A stretch of DNA of 49,464 bases from a virus: IMG/VR virus record IMGVR_UViG_3300002054_000003, positions 1 through 49,464 of that record. One strand, 5' to 3'. Numbering within the stretch: position 1 is the first letter of the stretch; every line of letters begins with the position of its first letter. Position numbers and translations under genes: made by a program. A model generated the notes under the pieces. That model saw only the letters and a program-made list of their open reading frames with translations, was not told the DNA's origin and made no database searches. Below, one piece after another: positions 8,846 through 19,700 of this stretch.

Positions 8846-9862
8846 ATGGCAACCATGGACATCTTCAACAATTCGGCATTCAGCACTACTTCGCTGACCG
8901 GGATGGTTGAAAAAATCCCTTTTGTTCCGAATCTTTTAGGTTCGCTGAACATCTTCGATCCTGAACCGGTTCGGACACGCAACGTCTTTGTTGATCGCAT
9001 TGAAGGTGGTCTGACATTGATTCCAACATCTGCTGATGGCGCACCGCCTGAAGTTCTTGATGGTGAAGATCGTGACGCTGTTTCGCTGCGCACCACGCGT
9101 TTGACGAAACGGTTCACTCTGATGGCATCTGAACTTGATGGTATCCGTGCAACTGGTTCCGAAACGGAACTGATGCAGGTTCAGCGTGAAATGTCGCGTC
9201 GTTTCGGTCGCATTCGTGCGGACATGGAATTGACTCATGAATATCACCGTCTTGGTGCGCTTCAGGGTATTCTTCTTGATGCAGATGGAAGCACGGTTAT
9301 TTATGACTATTCTGCTGAATTCAATGAAGCGATTCCTGCTGCTGTACCATTCAATCTGAGTGATCCTGACTTTGATGTTCACAAAGCGTGTAAAGACATT
9401 GCACGTTCAATGGGTCGTTCAGCAGCTGGTAACCTTGCTGGTGCAACTATTCACTCATTGGCTGGTGATGACTTTTATGACGCTTTGGTTTCACACCCGA
9501 ACGTTGAAAAATTCTACCTGCAGCAGATGGCGGCACAAGCGCTTAAAGATCAAAGCGCAGTGTTCGAAAGCTTCAAGGTTGGTGGCATCACGTTCCACAA
9601 CTACCAAGGAACAGATGACAATAGCACTGTGGCTGTTCCAACAGATGAAGCCAAGTTCTTTCCTGTCGGTGGTCGTGACGTGTTTAAACAAGCTATGTCG
9701 CCTCTTGAGGCAATGGAGTATGTAAACACACCGGGTCAGAACATGTATGCGATTAACGTTCCTGATCGTGAACGCAATATGTGGTCCAAAGGTGAACTGT
9801 ACAGCTATCCGCTGTACATGTGCCAGCAGCCGCGGCTTCTTCGCCGTGCAACGTTGACCTAA
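8846..9862 (+). CDS. Major capsid protein, lambda gpE-like family
   Basis: 338 aa. The N-terminal pattern DIFNNSAFS..LTGMVEKIPFVP..LFDPEPV..T is typical of the capsid-E family. AAGGAG lies upstream. Confidence 0.8.
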   Translation: MATMDIFNNSAFSTTSLTGMVEKIPFVPNLLGSLNIFDPEPVRTRNVFVDRIEGGLTLIPTSADGAPPEVLDGEDRDAVSLRTTRLTKRFTLMASELDGIRATGSETELMQVQREMSRRFGRIRADMELTHEYHRLGALQGILLDADGSTVIYDYSAEFNEAIPAAVPFNLSDPDFDVHKACKDIARSMGRSAAGNLAGATIHSLAGDDFYDALVSHPNVEKFYLQQMAAQALKDQSAVFESFKVGGITFHNYQGTDDNSTVAVPTDEAKFFPVGGRDVFKQAMSPLEAMEYVNTPGQNMYAINVPDRERNMWSKGELYSYPLYMCQQPRLLRRATLT

Positions 9863-10212
9863 TGGAACTGGTTGTAACAAACCCCACGATGCGCACAAAA
9901 GCCGTGCGCATCGTCGGTGGCTTTCAGGTCATCAAACCCGGAAAGTCGATCACGGTTGACAGTAAGCTTTGCAATTGGTCCGAAATTGAAGCCAAACGTT
10001 ATGAAAATGCTGGTCTGGAACTTAAGGAAGCTGGTTCTGCTGATACTGTGGAAGGTGGCACTGGTTCTGACACCATGGAAAGTGCTGGTTCCACACTTGC
10101 AGCACCCGTCACTCCACCTGTAGCGCCTGCTGACACCGTTGATGGTGCTGACACCGTTGATGGTAGTGAAGGAAATTCTGAAGAACCTCAGATTCCGACA
10201 ATTCCACAGTGA
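9862..10212 (+). CDS. Hypothetical structural protein with an ADTVDG repeat
   Basis: The ATG at 9862 overlaps the capsid stop (TAATG). An 18-bp tandem repeat lies at 10129-10164. Confidence 0.5.
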   Translation: MELVVTNPTMRTKAVRIVGGFQVIKPGKSITVDSKLCNWSEIEAKRYENAGLELKEAGSADTVEGGTGSDTMESAGSTLAAPVTPPVAPADTVDGADTVDGSEGNSEEPQIPTIPQ

Positions 10213-10219
10213 CTTCTTG

Positions 10220-10250
10220 AACGTGGTGCATTTCGTTGCACCACGTTTTA
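10220..10250 (+). terminator. Hairpin / weak terminator after the capsid block
   Basis: An 11-bp stem (AACGTGGTGCA/TGCACCACGTT) with a 6-nt loop, followed by a short TTT. Confidence 0.45.
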
Positions 10251-10276
10251 CCAACCTGATTGCGGGATTTTAAGAA

Positions 10277-10696
10277 ATGCTTATAGGTAACATTACTGAT
10301 TTCCGCACTTACCAAACAGATCGCTTGAATAATGCACCTGCTGATGCAGCAGATAATGTTGTAACAGCCGCATTGTTGCGTGCATCTGATTACATTCGGA
10401 CACGTTATGTCATTCGATATGATCTTGAACTTGACGCCGAAAACGTAATCGAATCAGTGTATATTGCAGGTAAGTACGAAGTTGACACACCCGGATTTTG
10501 GTCAAAGACTTTCACTGAATCTCAAATTAAAGTTTTGACCAAGGTTGATAATATTCAATGGACAATACCTGACAAAGATTCATCTAGCGATGGCCTAGGT
10601 TTTACTGGTGATGGTCAGATTCCCACAGACCCTGCGATTCACGCTCTATTAACGGTAGGGTCTTCGTGGGGATTACCTGCAGTCACGGTGGTTTAA
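10277..10696 (+). CDS. Head-tail connector/adaptor (putative)
   Basis: Position after the capsid block. The N-terminal ..AALLRASDYIRTRY pattern resembles head-tail adaptor proteins. Confidence 0.5.
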   Translation: MLIGNITDFRTYQTDRLNNAPADAADNVVTAALLRASDYIRTRYVIRYDLELDAENVIESVYIAGKYEVDTPGFWSKTFTESQIKVLTKVDNIQWTIPDKDSSSDGLGFTGDGQIPTDPAIHALLTVGSSWGLPAVTVV

Positions 10697-11062
10697 ATGG
10701 GTATTAATTCTGGTTATCAAAGCACTATTGAATTTGAATTTTACGGTCAAAATGAGATTCCTAACACTGCTACTTTTGAAGCTGATGTGAAGGCATCTCC
10801 TTTGGTTGTTGGTGACGATACTGTTCTGACCACACTGACAACCACGATCGAAGTAGTGTCATCTGTTGCAAACACTGATCCTGAAATTGATCAACCCTTT
10901 GTGACTATCATTTCAATGACCTTCCCCGGTGCAAATACTGCTGATTGGACTGAACGGGAAGTGATAACTGATTTGGTTAGAACCGATGTGAACCCAAATG
11001 AGTATATGGGCTTCACCGTCATAATTCCTGTCAATACTACAATCACGCGGGTAGGGTCATGA
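10697..11062 (+). CDS. Hypothetical structural protein
   Basis: ORF track. Tightly coupled to its neighbours. Confidence 0.5.
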   Translation: MGINSGYQSTIEFEFYGQNEIPNTATFEADVKASPLVVGDDTVLTTLTTTIEVVSSVANTDPEIDQPFVTIISMTFPGANTADWTEREVITDLVRTDVNPNEYMGFTVIIPVNTTITRVGS

Positions 11063-12828
11063 GCGAACTTCGCGTAGTTCAACCAAACACTCCGCGTATT
11101 AAAGTGGTGTCATCCACAGGTGGCGAAGTTCGTGTTGTTGACAAATCTGTTCCACGCGTGAAAATCTTGTTCAAAGGTGCGCCGGGGCGTGACGGAACTT
11201 CAGGATTGACAACAGGTGAAGTCATTGCGTCAGGTGCCACAGATGGTCAAGTCCCTGTGTTTAATGAAGTGTCTGGTCAATATGAGCCAACTGATTTTTC
11301 TGGTGGTGGAACAGATACTGCTACGGTTGGTGCTATCGCGGCTGGTTCGACACTCGGTCTTCAGCAGAGGTTGTTGGCGAATGCAGGACAACCCGGTCTG
11401 TCAATTTTGGCAGTCGGATACACTAATACAGGTAAAGTGCAGGGTGTTTCTCTTGGTGATGGTAACGTTGTTTCAGTTTATAGAAACGGCGTTGATTTTG
11501 TTGCGGATGTTCCGATATGGGAAACCACCGCTGGGCAGGCAGCAGGATACATTGGACCTGAATTTATGTCCCTTGGGGAAGCTATTTGCTTTACTGGTCT
11601 TGAAACTGGTGCAATTGTCACTTCAACCACTGGTTTTCATGGCGCGTCAGAACTTGTGGAGGGTTTTAATCGAAGCAGTATGCCTTTGCTGTCATATGGG
11701 TTATCTTTTAAAAAGACTTTGTTTTTCGCTCATAGGAACAGCAATTTTTACAATCCGGGGGGTGCAGGGGGTGATCAGGGGTGGGTACACCTTCTGAATG
11801 GTCCATTAAGAAGTACAGTGAAGTTTACTGATGGTTTTGGTGTCACTGTGAATGGGCAAGAAAATGTTGAACTAAACCCATGGGATTATCATCGTTTTTA
11901 TACTGACGGAAATAAAGAATACGGAATAGACTCAACAAATGATGTATTTGCTTGCTTTTCGGGCAATATGGACCTTGACCCCAACGCCCGCTTTTATGAC
12001 TGCAGACCTATCATGCCACTTTCAAATGATCTAATTGGATGGTCAAGATTGGGGTTTATTTCAGCCCCTGTTAACAATACTCAAGTGGAGTGGTTCACAC
12101 AAGATGGGGATAGAGGCTTTTTAAACTCTGGGCAGACCCCCGGAGGAGTATCACCCGGATCACCTATTAGTGCGGATGCTCCACCACCAGTGGGAACAGG
12201 TGCAGATGATTCTGGTTATAGTCCATCAGGTGCAACAAGGTATCTGTTCACTGGTGAAGGATCAGGGTTCAGTGGGGCGGATGGTGCAGGTCTTGAAGCT
12301 ACATGTTTGTTTCCTTCAAACGCTCTGTCTCAGATAGTCCCACAGTATCTATTTATTCAAGATGCTGGGGGTGCTTCTGGAAGTAGTGTGACTATTGTTA
12401 GTTCTCATGTAGGCACTGCAAGAATTTACGAGCACAACACTGCCACAAATCAACTTGATCTTGCATATACTGTTCCTCTTACCCGTAAAGGTGTAACTAT
12501 ATCTTCGAAAGAAGATCAGAAGCACCCTGCAGCGGGGCAGGTGTCAAACGATGCGGGGAACGTTCCCTTGGTCGGTCGTCTTGGTCCCGGTGTCATAATT
12601 GCGGACGTTCCTATAGGGGTGATCATCCAAAACCAAGCTGCCGGACTTTCTTTACCTATTCGCTCTCAAGGGGGCAGTACCACAAACAGTATTATCAACG
12701 GCAGTGATGAAAGTATTTCTTTGGGTGTGACCCCTAGTTCTCTGAAAGCGCAAATTAGAGAAGGTGATGATGGAATTTTGTACCGTAGTTCCATCACAAG
12801 TGGGGTAGAAACTTGGGTTGTAGCATAA
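11059..12828 (+). CDS. Fibre-like protein (possible head or neck fibre)
   Basis: The N-terminus has KGAPGRDGTSG followed by GEVIASGATDGQVPVFN, a pattern common at tail-fibre N-termini. It is followed by a large Gly/Ser-rich domain. Confidence 0.55.
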   Translation: MSELRVVQPNTPRIKVVSSTGGEVRVVDKSVPRVKILFKGAPGRDGTSGLTTGEVIASGATDGQVPVFNEVSGQYEPTDFSGGGTDTATVGAIAAGSTLGLQQRLLANAGQPGLSILAVGYTNTGKVQGVSLGDGNVVSVYRNGVDFVADVPIWETTAGQAAGYIGPEFMSLGEAICFTGLETGAIVTSTTGFHGASELVEGFNRSSMPLLSYGLSFKKTLFFAHRNSNFYNPGGAGGDQGWVHLLNGPLRSTVKFTDGFGVTVNGQENVELNPWDYHRFYTDGNKEYGIDSTNDVFACFSGNMDLDPNARFYDCRPIMPLSNDLIGWSRLGFISAPVNNTQVEWFTQDGDRGFLNSGQTPGGVSPGSPISADAPPPVGTGADDSGYSPSGATRYLFTGEGSGFSGADGAGLEATCLFPSNALSQIVPQYLFIQDAGGASGSSVTIVSSHVGTARIYEHNTATNQLDLAYTVPLTRKGVTISSKEDQKHPAAGQVSNDAGNVPLVGRLGPGVIIADVPIGVIIQNQAAGLSLPIRSQGGSTTNSIINGSDESISLGVTPSSLKAQIREGDDGILYRSSITSGVETWVVA

Positions 12829-12829
12829 A

Positions 12830-13222
12830 ATGTCTAATGGTTCAGATATTGCTGAAGAAGTTCTTGCAGGATTGATCGAAGCAGGTGAAGAAACTGGTGA
12901 CGGTCAACTTAACTGTGTATTGAAGAAAGTCGGAACAGGTGAAACACCTTGGGACCATACCACTGATCCTGACAATCTTTTTGATGTCACAGGTGTTCAA
13001 ACCAAACGAATTGAACGCGATGGTGCGGGTCAGATTAAACGTATCGTGCGTGTTCTGCTGATCGATGCAACAGGACCGGTTGTCGAAAAAGGCGATGTGG
13101 TAGCTGTTGGTGTCAGAGTTTTAGACGTTACTGATGAAACCAATTTCAATCGAATAGGTAACGTTCAAACAACTGCACCGGGGGGTGTTCCGGTACTTCA
13201 CAAGGCTGATCTTGATGACTAA
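12830..13222 (+). CDS. Hypothetical structural protein
   Basis: ORF track. Lies in the head-tail gene cluster. Confidence 0.5.
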   Translation: MSNGSDIAEEVLAGLIEAGEETGDGQLNCVLKKVGTGETPWDHTTDPDNLFDVTGVQTKRIERDGAGQIKRIVRVLLIDATGPVVEKGDVVAVGVRVLDVTDETNFNRIGNVQTTAPGGVPVLHKADLDD

Positions 13223-14243
13223 ACCAAGTCAGTTAATTCAGCTTGATAAACTGATTGCAAAGCTTGAAAGAAAGCTTGCAAAAACCTTTCGTGAATCAAT
13301 GGAAAACGCGGCGTTTGATATTGATGTTCCCGCATTAATAAATGCTTTGAAAGATCGAAATATTACCCAAGCATTAAACCTTGTGGATATTACACCCGGC
13401 GCGCTTTTCGAATTAGATGAATCTATTCGTTCAGCTTATTTAGCAGGCGGTGCTTTCGTCACTGAAGACATGCCGAAAATCCTACGTGGGAAATTTGCTT
13501 TTAATGGTAGACATTTTCGCGCTGAACAATGGGTTAGTGAAAATGTCGGTAATCTGATTCAAGGCATCACTGAAGAAACACTGCAAACAACCCGTTCAGT
13601 TATTGAAACTGGTCTTCGTGAGAATAGAACCCCTAAGCAGATTGCACGTGATATCACAGGGCGTACAGTGAGTGGTAAAAGGGTAGGTGGGTTCTTAGGT
13701 TTGAATAGTGACCAAACGGACCAAGTGATTAAAGCCCGTTCTATATTGAGCGATCCTGATAAAATTCGATCGTATTTCATCAAAGATCGTGTGACGGGAA
13801 AAATGAAACCAAGGTTCAAGTTAAGCAATCGCAGATTTGACAAAATCATTCGTGAAGCGATTGAAAACGGAACAGCTTTATCAGGTCGAACATTAGACCG
13901 TGTGATTGATGCTCACAAAACGAAAGCTTTAGGTTATCGTGGTAGAGTGATTGCAAAAGATCAGACTTTTCGTGCCATAGCTGCAGGTCGTGATGAAGGT
14001 TATGTTCAAATGCTTGAGCGTAATGAAGTGCAATCAGTCACAAAGCGTTGGCAACATAACTTGTCTGAAAACCCACGTGATGATCATGTTGCGATGAATG
14101 GTGCAGTTGTTGATTTGTCTGAAAAATTTGTTTTTCCTGATGGTGATCAGTTAAAACATTCACATGATCCTGAAGGTGGTGCAGAACATAATGTTGGTTG
14201 TCATTGCACTACGTTTTACAGGGTGCAAGTGGTTAAAAACTGA
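13215..14243 (+). CDS. Head morphogenesis protein (SPP1 gp7 / Mu F-like)
   Basis: The C-terminal pattern PRDDHVAMNG...HNVGCHCT matches the family signature (D..H..l.G ... NCRC-like). I chose the ATG at 13215. Confidence 0.65.
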   Translation: MTKPSQLIQLDKLIAKLERKLAKTFRESMENAAFDIDVPALINALKDRNITQALNLVDITPGALFELDESIRSAYLAGGAFVTEDMPKILRGKFAFNGRHFRAEQWVSENVGNLIQGITEETLQTTRSVIETGLRENRTPKQIARDITGRTVSGKRVGGFLGLNSDQTDQVIKARSILSDPDKIRSYFIKDRVTGKMKPRFKLSNRRFDKIIREAIENGTALSGRTLDRVIDAHKTKALGYRGRVIAKDQTFRAIAAGRDEGYVQMLERNEVQSVTKRWQHNLSENPRDDHVAMNGAVVDLSEKFVFPDGDQLKHSHDPEGGAEHNVGCHCTTFYRVQVVKN

Positions 14244-14686
14244 TGGGTAGACATACTGCATCCTTACGTGACGCTATAGGTCTTTCAAAGAAGAACTTAC
14301 GGTTCATTGCGGTCAATTCGATTCAAGATGTTGTAGAAGGTGCGCAGACACCACAACCCGGTGTTGAACGTACAGGTGGGACGTTTGTTGAAGGTAAAAT
14401 TCCTGTTGTCGATAGCGTTTTGATTAATTCCCTTGTCACCCGGTTGAATAGTAGATCAACAGAAGGTTCAGAGTTAAGTTACGTAGTTGCTTTGGCTAAT
14501 TTTCAATTAGGTGATGAATTGCAATTTGCATGGACGGCACCTTATGCGTTAAGGATAGAAAAAGGCTTTTCAGGTACGGATTCATTGGGTCGTAAATTCA
14601 ATCAAGAAGGTCGATTTTTCGTAGCTAGAAATGCCGCACGTTTCTCTGAATTTGTGAAAAAATATGAGGCTGAAGTTAGGACATGA
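14243..14686 (+). CDS. HK97 gp10-like head-tail joining protein (putative)
   Basis: Size and position, plus a GKIPVVDSVLINSL motif that resembles the gp10-family PvdTG.L..S. Confidence 0.5.
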   Translation: MGRHTASLRDAIGLSKKNLRFIAVNSIQDVVEGAQTPQPGVERTGGTFVEGKIPVVDSVLINSLVTRLNSRSTEGSELSYVVALANFQLGDELQFAWTAPYALRIEKGFSGTDSLGRKFNQEGRFFVARNAARFSEFVKKYEAEVRT

Positions 14687-15084
14687 TAAAGCAAAATGAC
14701 ATAAGTGAAGCGATTCAGAGGCGATTGGTTGACAGCGTTCTACCATACAAAATTGTCTTTGAAGCTGAAGATGAATTACCCGAAAGACCATATATCGCTT
14801 TGCAAGTTGTACGGCTGAAACCCGTGGCTGTTATGCTTGAAGAACATGATGGTATTTATCCCCAATATATGCAAGCAACTGTGGTCACAGAAACAGGTAA
14901 GTTTACTACAGAAGGTCAGAAAATTGGTGATGAAATCGCAGCGCTTTTCCCATTCGGTACACGTATTGAAGTGGATGCTGAAGGTCATGAAATAACCATT
15001 AATGATATCCCATTTGTAGAAAGTGGGTTTCGTGATGGTTTCGATTGGCGTACACCTGTACGCATAGATTACGAGGTAGAATGA
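14683..15084 (+). CDS. Tail completion/terminator-like protein (putative)
   Basis: Called from position upstream of the major tail protein. Confidence 0.45.
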   Translation: MIKQNDISEAIQRRLVDSVLPYKIVFEAEDELPERPYIALQVVRLKPVAVMLEEHDGIYPQYMQATVVTETGKFTTEGQKIGDEIAALFPFGTRIEVDAEGHEITINDIPFVESGFRDGFDWRTPVRIDYEVE

Positions 15085-15272
15085 TGACTACTAAAGTGCA
15101 AATGGTGAACGGTAATGCCACGGCAGAACTTTCATCTGATCAAGTTCCCATTTGGGAAAAAGCGGGATGGAAACGTGTTGATCCACAAATCCCGAAACCA
15201 CAAACGTCAGTTACTGGCGTAACAGCGTCTGATGGTGATCCGTCTGGCGAAACCAACCCAGAAGGAGATTAA
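15081..15272 (+). CDS. Hypothetical protein
   Basis: The ATG at 15081 overlaps the previous stop. Confidence 0.45.
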   Translation: MMTTKVQMVNGNATAELSSDQVPIWEKAGWKRVDPQIPKPQTSVTGVTASDGDPSGETNPEGD

Positions 15273-15277
15273 TTAAA

Positions 15278-15736
15278 ATGGGTAACAACATCGGCTATAC
15301 TATGGAAATTGCGCTTGGTGCGCCTGCTACTGATGACAAGGCTGGTGCAGAAGCACTTACGCCTTACACCCGTGTTGTGGGTAACAGCTTGGTTCCTTCC
15401 AATCGTTTTACGTCTTCTGATATTGACGTTGAAGATTTGGAATCGGGTATTGTCATTGGTGAAAAAGGTGGTGCAACTGGTGTCAACCAAACCATTGCCG
15501 TTCACACTTCCAAAGGCACTGATGGACATGCTGAAATGATTCAGTATGCAGCCTTTGATGAAGGTTCGCAGGTGACTATTCGCGTCACACCACCCGGTGC
15601 CGGTGCAGATGTTGAATACTTCGTTGGTATTTTGCGAAATTATCAGCCGAAAGAACGCACCATTTCAAATGATGATGGGTTCATGGTTGAATTTCGTCAG
15701 AACCGTCCAAGCTTCACGGCTACGCCACCTGCATAA
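15278..15736 (+). CDS. Major tail protein (putative)
   Basis: 152 aa, preceded by GGAG, followed by a hairpin, and located upstream of the chaperones and tape measure. Confidence 0.65.
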   Translation: MGNNIGYTMEIALGAPATDDKAGAEALTPYTRVVGNSLVPSNRFTSSDIDVEDLESGIVIGEKGGATGVNQTIAVHTSKGTDGHAEMIQYAAFDEGSQVTIRVTPPGAGADVEYFVGILRNYQPKERTISNDDGFMVEFRQNRPSFTATPPA

Positions 15737-15771
15737 GTTTACCTGTTGGTTTCTGGCCCTTCAGGTAATGT

Positions 15772-15809
15772 TGTCGCCCTTGGTATTTGGTCTGGTGCCA
15801 AGGGCGACA
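15772..15809 (+). terminator. Stem-loop after the major tail gene (no clear U-tract)
   Basis: A 12-bp perfect stem (TGTCGCCCTTGG/CCAAGGGCGACA) with a 14-nt loop. Confidence 0.35.
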
Positions 15810-15842
15810 TTCGGACCACACAGACCATAAGGAATTTCAAAA

Positions 15843-16328
15843 ATGGTAAATATCTCAAATCTTGATGAACGATCCAAAGCAGACCAAGGTACTTGGATTG
15901 ACATGTTTCATCCTGAAACAGGTGAACCACTTACTTCTACAGCAGAAGGTGGTGCTACTATCACTGCACAGATGTTGATTTATGGGCAAGCTGGCCGTGA
16001 TGTTCAAGATCGTCTTCATGAACTTGCGAAAGCAAAAGCAGCGATTGAAGATGACGAACCACAGTCCATGAAAAAAGCACATGAAACGCTTTGTGAAACA
16101 GCTGCAATTTACATTGGTGGATTTAGAAACGTTGAATCGAATGAAGGTGATCTTTCTGATGTTTCGAATGTTCAGAAGGTTCTTGATATGACCTTTCCGC
16201 GAATGGAATTGGTTCCGGGTTCAGCCGTTGCTGCAGGTGGTCCAAAATTCCAGATGGCAAATAAACCTTTTGCTTTGCAGGCGATCGAAGCTGCAAGTAA
16301 ACAAGGTAAACTTTTGGGAAACGAATAA
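15843..16328 (+). CDS. Tail assembly chaperone (putative)
   Basis: Called from its position immediately upstream of the tape measure. Confidence 0.55.
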   Translation: MVNISNLDERSKADQGTWIDMFHPETGEPLTSTAEGGATITAQMLIYGQAGRDVQDRLHELAKAKAAIEDDEPQSMKKAHETLCETAAIYIGGFRNVESNEGDLSDVSNVQKVLDMTFPRMELVPGSAVAAGGPKFQMANKPFALQAIEAASKQGKLLGNE

Positions 16329-16339
16329 AAGCGCTGTCT

Positions 16340-16705
16340 GTGTATGCAAGTCAATTAGGTTGGCTTCATACCAAACCCAGTGAATCGGAAATGACTCGTT
16401 TAGAGTTGTATGCCGGTAGATGGGATGACTGGCCTGAAGGCATTGGACCAGTTGAATATTTGATAACAGCAGCGCTTGATATGTACTTAGGTGTTTCAGA
16501 TGGTCAAGGTGGGTTAAGACCGCAAGAATGGGCTGACGTTGTATCGTTTGGTGAAAGAGTTGCCGGGTTAACTGAACAATGGGAACTGAAAGCCCTTATG
16601 GACATGTCGCAATCTTATGTTACAGAGTTCATGAATGGTCGTGACATGTTGAGAACAACACCCATGGACAGATGGCGAAGGGAACAAGAACAAGATGGCG
16701 GTTAA
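16340..16705 (+). CDS. Second tail chaperone-like protein (GTG start, uncertain)
   Basis: It is in the -1 frame relative to the preceding ORF. See the rejected frameshift note. Confidence 0.45.
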   Translation: MYASQLGWLHTKPSESEMTRLELYAGRWDDWPEGIGPVEYLITAALDMYLGVSDGQGGLRPQEWADVVSFGERVAGLTEQWELKALMDMSQSYVTEFMNGRDMLRTTPMDRWRREQEQDGG

Positions 16706-19700
16706 CGTTGAAGAACTTATTCTTGATGCCAATAGCGATGGTTTACGGGAAGCGGCTGAAGATTACGATAAGCTAGGTGACGCTGGTGAAAAAACTGAAG
16801 GTCGTGTGTCACGGTCTTCACGTGGAATGGAAGATTCTATTTCCACCATGGGTCGAAATGCTGCGAAGTCTTTAGCCGCTGTTGCCGCCGCATATGTTTC
16901 TCTTAATGGTGCGGCGGCAGCTTTAAACCAAGCAAGAAATTTCGATGCAGCTTTTGCTGAAACATCTACTTTGATCGAAGGTACTACCGCGGAACTTGCG
17001 GCATTGGAAGAAGGTTCAAAATCACTTGCTGATCTTTATGGTACAACAGCTGTTGCGCAAGTTCAGGCTTACTACCAAGCGATTTCCGCAGGTGCATCTG
17101 ATGTAACTGTTGCAACAGAAATTCTTGACCAAGCTAACAAACTTGCGATCGGTGGTATCACTGATGTTTCTGTCGGTGTGGATGCTCTTACAACTGCCGT
17201 TAATGCATACGGTCCATCTGTTCTTTCAGCAGGTGAAGCATCTGATGCAATGTTTGTTGCAATGCGTGCAGGTAAGACCACGATCGGTGAACTTTCTGCC
17301 TCCCTTGGTAACATCGTCCCGCTTGCTGCATCTGCTGGTATCGCATTTGATGAAGTGGTTGGTGGTATCGCTGCATTGACCACACAAGGTCTTTCTACAT
17401 CAGTTGCGACGACTCAGCTTCGCCAAGTGATTGCTGGTATTGTGAAGCCCACGCAAGAAGCAAAAGATGCTGCAAAAGAATTAGGAATTGAATTTGATGT
17501 AGCGTCTTTACGATCGAAAGGTTTAGCCGGTTTCTTAGAAGACATTATTGAAAAAACCGATGGTAATACTGACGAAATGGCTAAGCTGTTTGGTTCAGTT
17601 GAGGCCTTGGGTGCAGCCCTTGCGTTTGCTGGTGGTGGCGGTGAAGCATTTACCGCGATCATGGAAGCAATGGGGATGAAATTAGGTGCAACTGATGTAG
17701 CTGTTAAAAAAATCAGTGAAAGTCTTTCGAAACAACTTAGCGATGATCTTCAGCGTTTAAGTAATATCGGTCTTGAATTTGGTGAAGTTCTTCTTGAAAT
17801 CGCCGTTCCCGCATTAAGCGCAACTGTGGATGTTCTTCAGTTGCTTGGTGAAAATGCAGATGTTCTTACACCAATTATTTTAACAACTGGCGGTGCTTTA
17901 GTTGCATTGCAACTTTCTGGTACAAAAGCTGCTGCAGGATTAACAGCCGCTGCATTAGCTAGTGTTAGATACGTTGCAGTCGCTGCTGTACTCACGCCAC
18001 AGCTTGGTTTGATGGCAACAGCACAGATTGCCTTGACAGGTGCCACAACAGCACTTACCGCGGCTGTCACGCTGCTTACAGGTCCACTTGGCGTAATCGT
18101 TGCCGGTGTGGCTGCAGCAACGATTGCAATTAATCTTATGGGTAATGATTTAGATGAAGCCGCGGTATCTGCAGAAGCATCAGCACAAGCACTTGGTGAT
18201 TTAGATTACGCTTTACGCACTGTAAATACTTCAACAGAAGCAGGTTCAGCGCGTGCACGTCAAATTGCTGCAAGTCACTATCAAGCTGCAGAAGCCGCAT
18301 TGACTGCTGCAGAAGCTGAAGCACGTTTAGCTTTAGAAAGATTTAATGCATCACAAGAAACGTTTAATCCTTTTGATGGTCCAAGTAACGCTGAATTACG
18401 TGAAGTACATGCGAATCTTTTAGTTGCACAAGCTGCTGTACAAGCCATTCGTGATCGAATGGCTGAATTTGGTGCTATCACAAATGAATCTGGTGAAGTG
18501 ATTGATGAAAACACTGGTCGTGTAGTTCGTACTGCTGAAGAAATTCAGAGAATGCACGCGATGCAGTTAAAATTCATGAGTGAAGATCGTCAACGTTCGG
18601 CTGAACAACTTGCTGAAGCAAATGAGATTTTGACCAAGTATCAGCAACAAGTTGAAATGCAGCGTCTGATAGGTATGCATGGTTCCGATAGTGTCCAAGT
18701 TGCTGCTGAACGTCAGCGGCGTGAACGTGCAGTTGTTGAACAACAGCTTGAAGGTTTGGATGTTGCACAAAGCGTAAAAGACGAAATTCTGAATGCTGTT
18801 GATGCAACATATCAGACTGAACAAGCAACTGCAGCTTGGGAGCAGCGTATGGTAGGTGTTGCTGCTCAAATAAATGCGATCGGTAATGCTCTTAGTCAGT
18901 TTGGAAGTTCAGCAATTAATACCGCTGCGAATAATGCTGAAATCGCTGCATTAGAAGCAGGCGCGACTGTTCAAGAAGCTGCACACCAACGAACACTTGA
19001 ACAAATTAATCTTGAAACTGAGGCGCGTATTGCTGGTACAAATAATATTGTAGAGCAAATGGCTATTCGCGCCGCGGCTGCACAAGAAGTAGCAGAAGTT
19101 GAAAGTCAGGCTGCATTAGCCGCGGCGCGTGCAGCTGCCAATGAACGTGACGCGGCTAATGCAGGTGGGTCACGTGCAACTAAATCACAGAAAGAATTGA
19201 ATAAATTACGTCAGCAAGGTATTGCGATTACTAAAGGTCTTTTGACTGAACAAGAACAATACAATGAAGCAATTGCACAAGCTGATAGACTTTTAGCAGC
19301 TAATGCAATTTCTGCTGAATTTTATAGAAGACATGTCGAACAATTAAATGAAGAATTAGATGAATCGAAATTTGATGATATTACCGATAAAATTAATCAT
19401 GTTTCAGGTAGTATGATTGATGCAGCTTTTTCAGCAGAAAGTTACGGTGATGTTTTAAGTGATGTAGCTAGAGCCGGTGTTGATGCAATGGCTGAATTAG
19501 CTGCTGAAATGTTGAAAACTTATATTCAACAAAAATTACTTGAAGCTTTACTTGGTACACCGGGTGGCGATGGTGGGTTGTTTCAAACATTTACCGGTTT
19601 TTTTGGTGGGGCAAGGGCTGATGGTGGTCCCGTTGTTGCTGGTACCCCGTATCTTGTGAATGAAAACACACCAAACAGTGAAATTTTTGTACCATCGCAA

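Noticed and set aside
16300-16345. Programmed -1 frameshift joining the two tail chaperone ORFs (G/GT-type).
   Set aside because: The second ORF is in the -1 frame, but that frame is open only from 16310. The 16310-16328 window (AAA CTT TTG GGA AAC GAA TAA) contains no X XXY YYZ heptamer in the correct register. The question remains unresolved, and I do not claim a frameshift.
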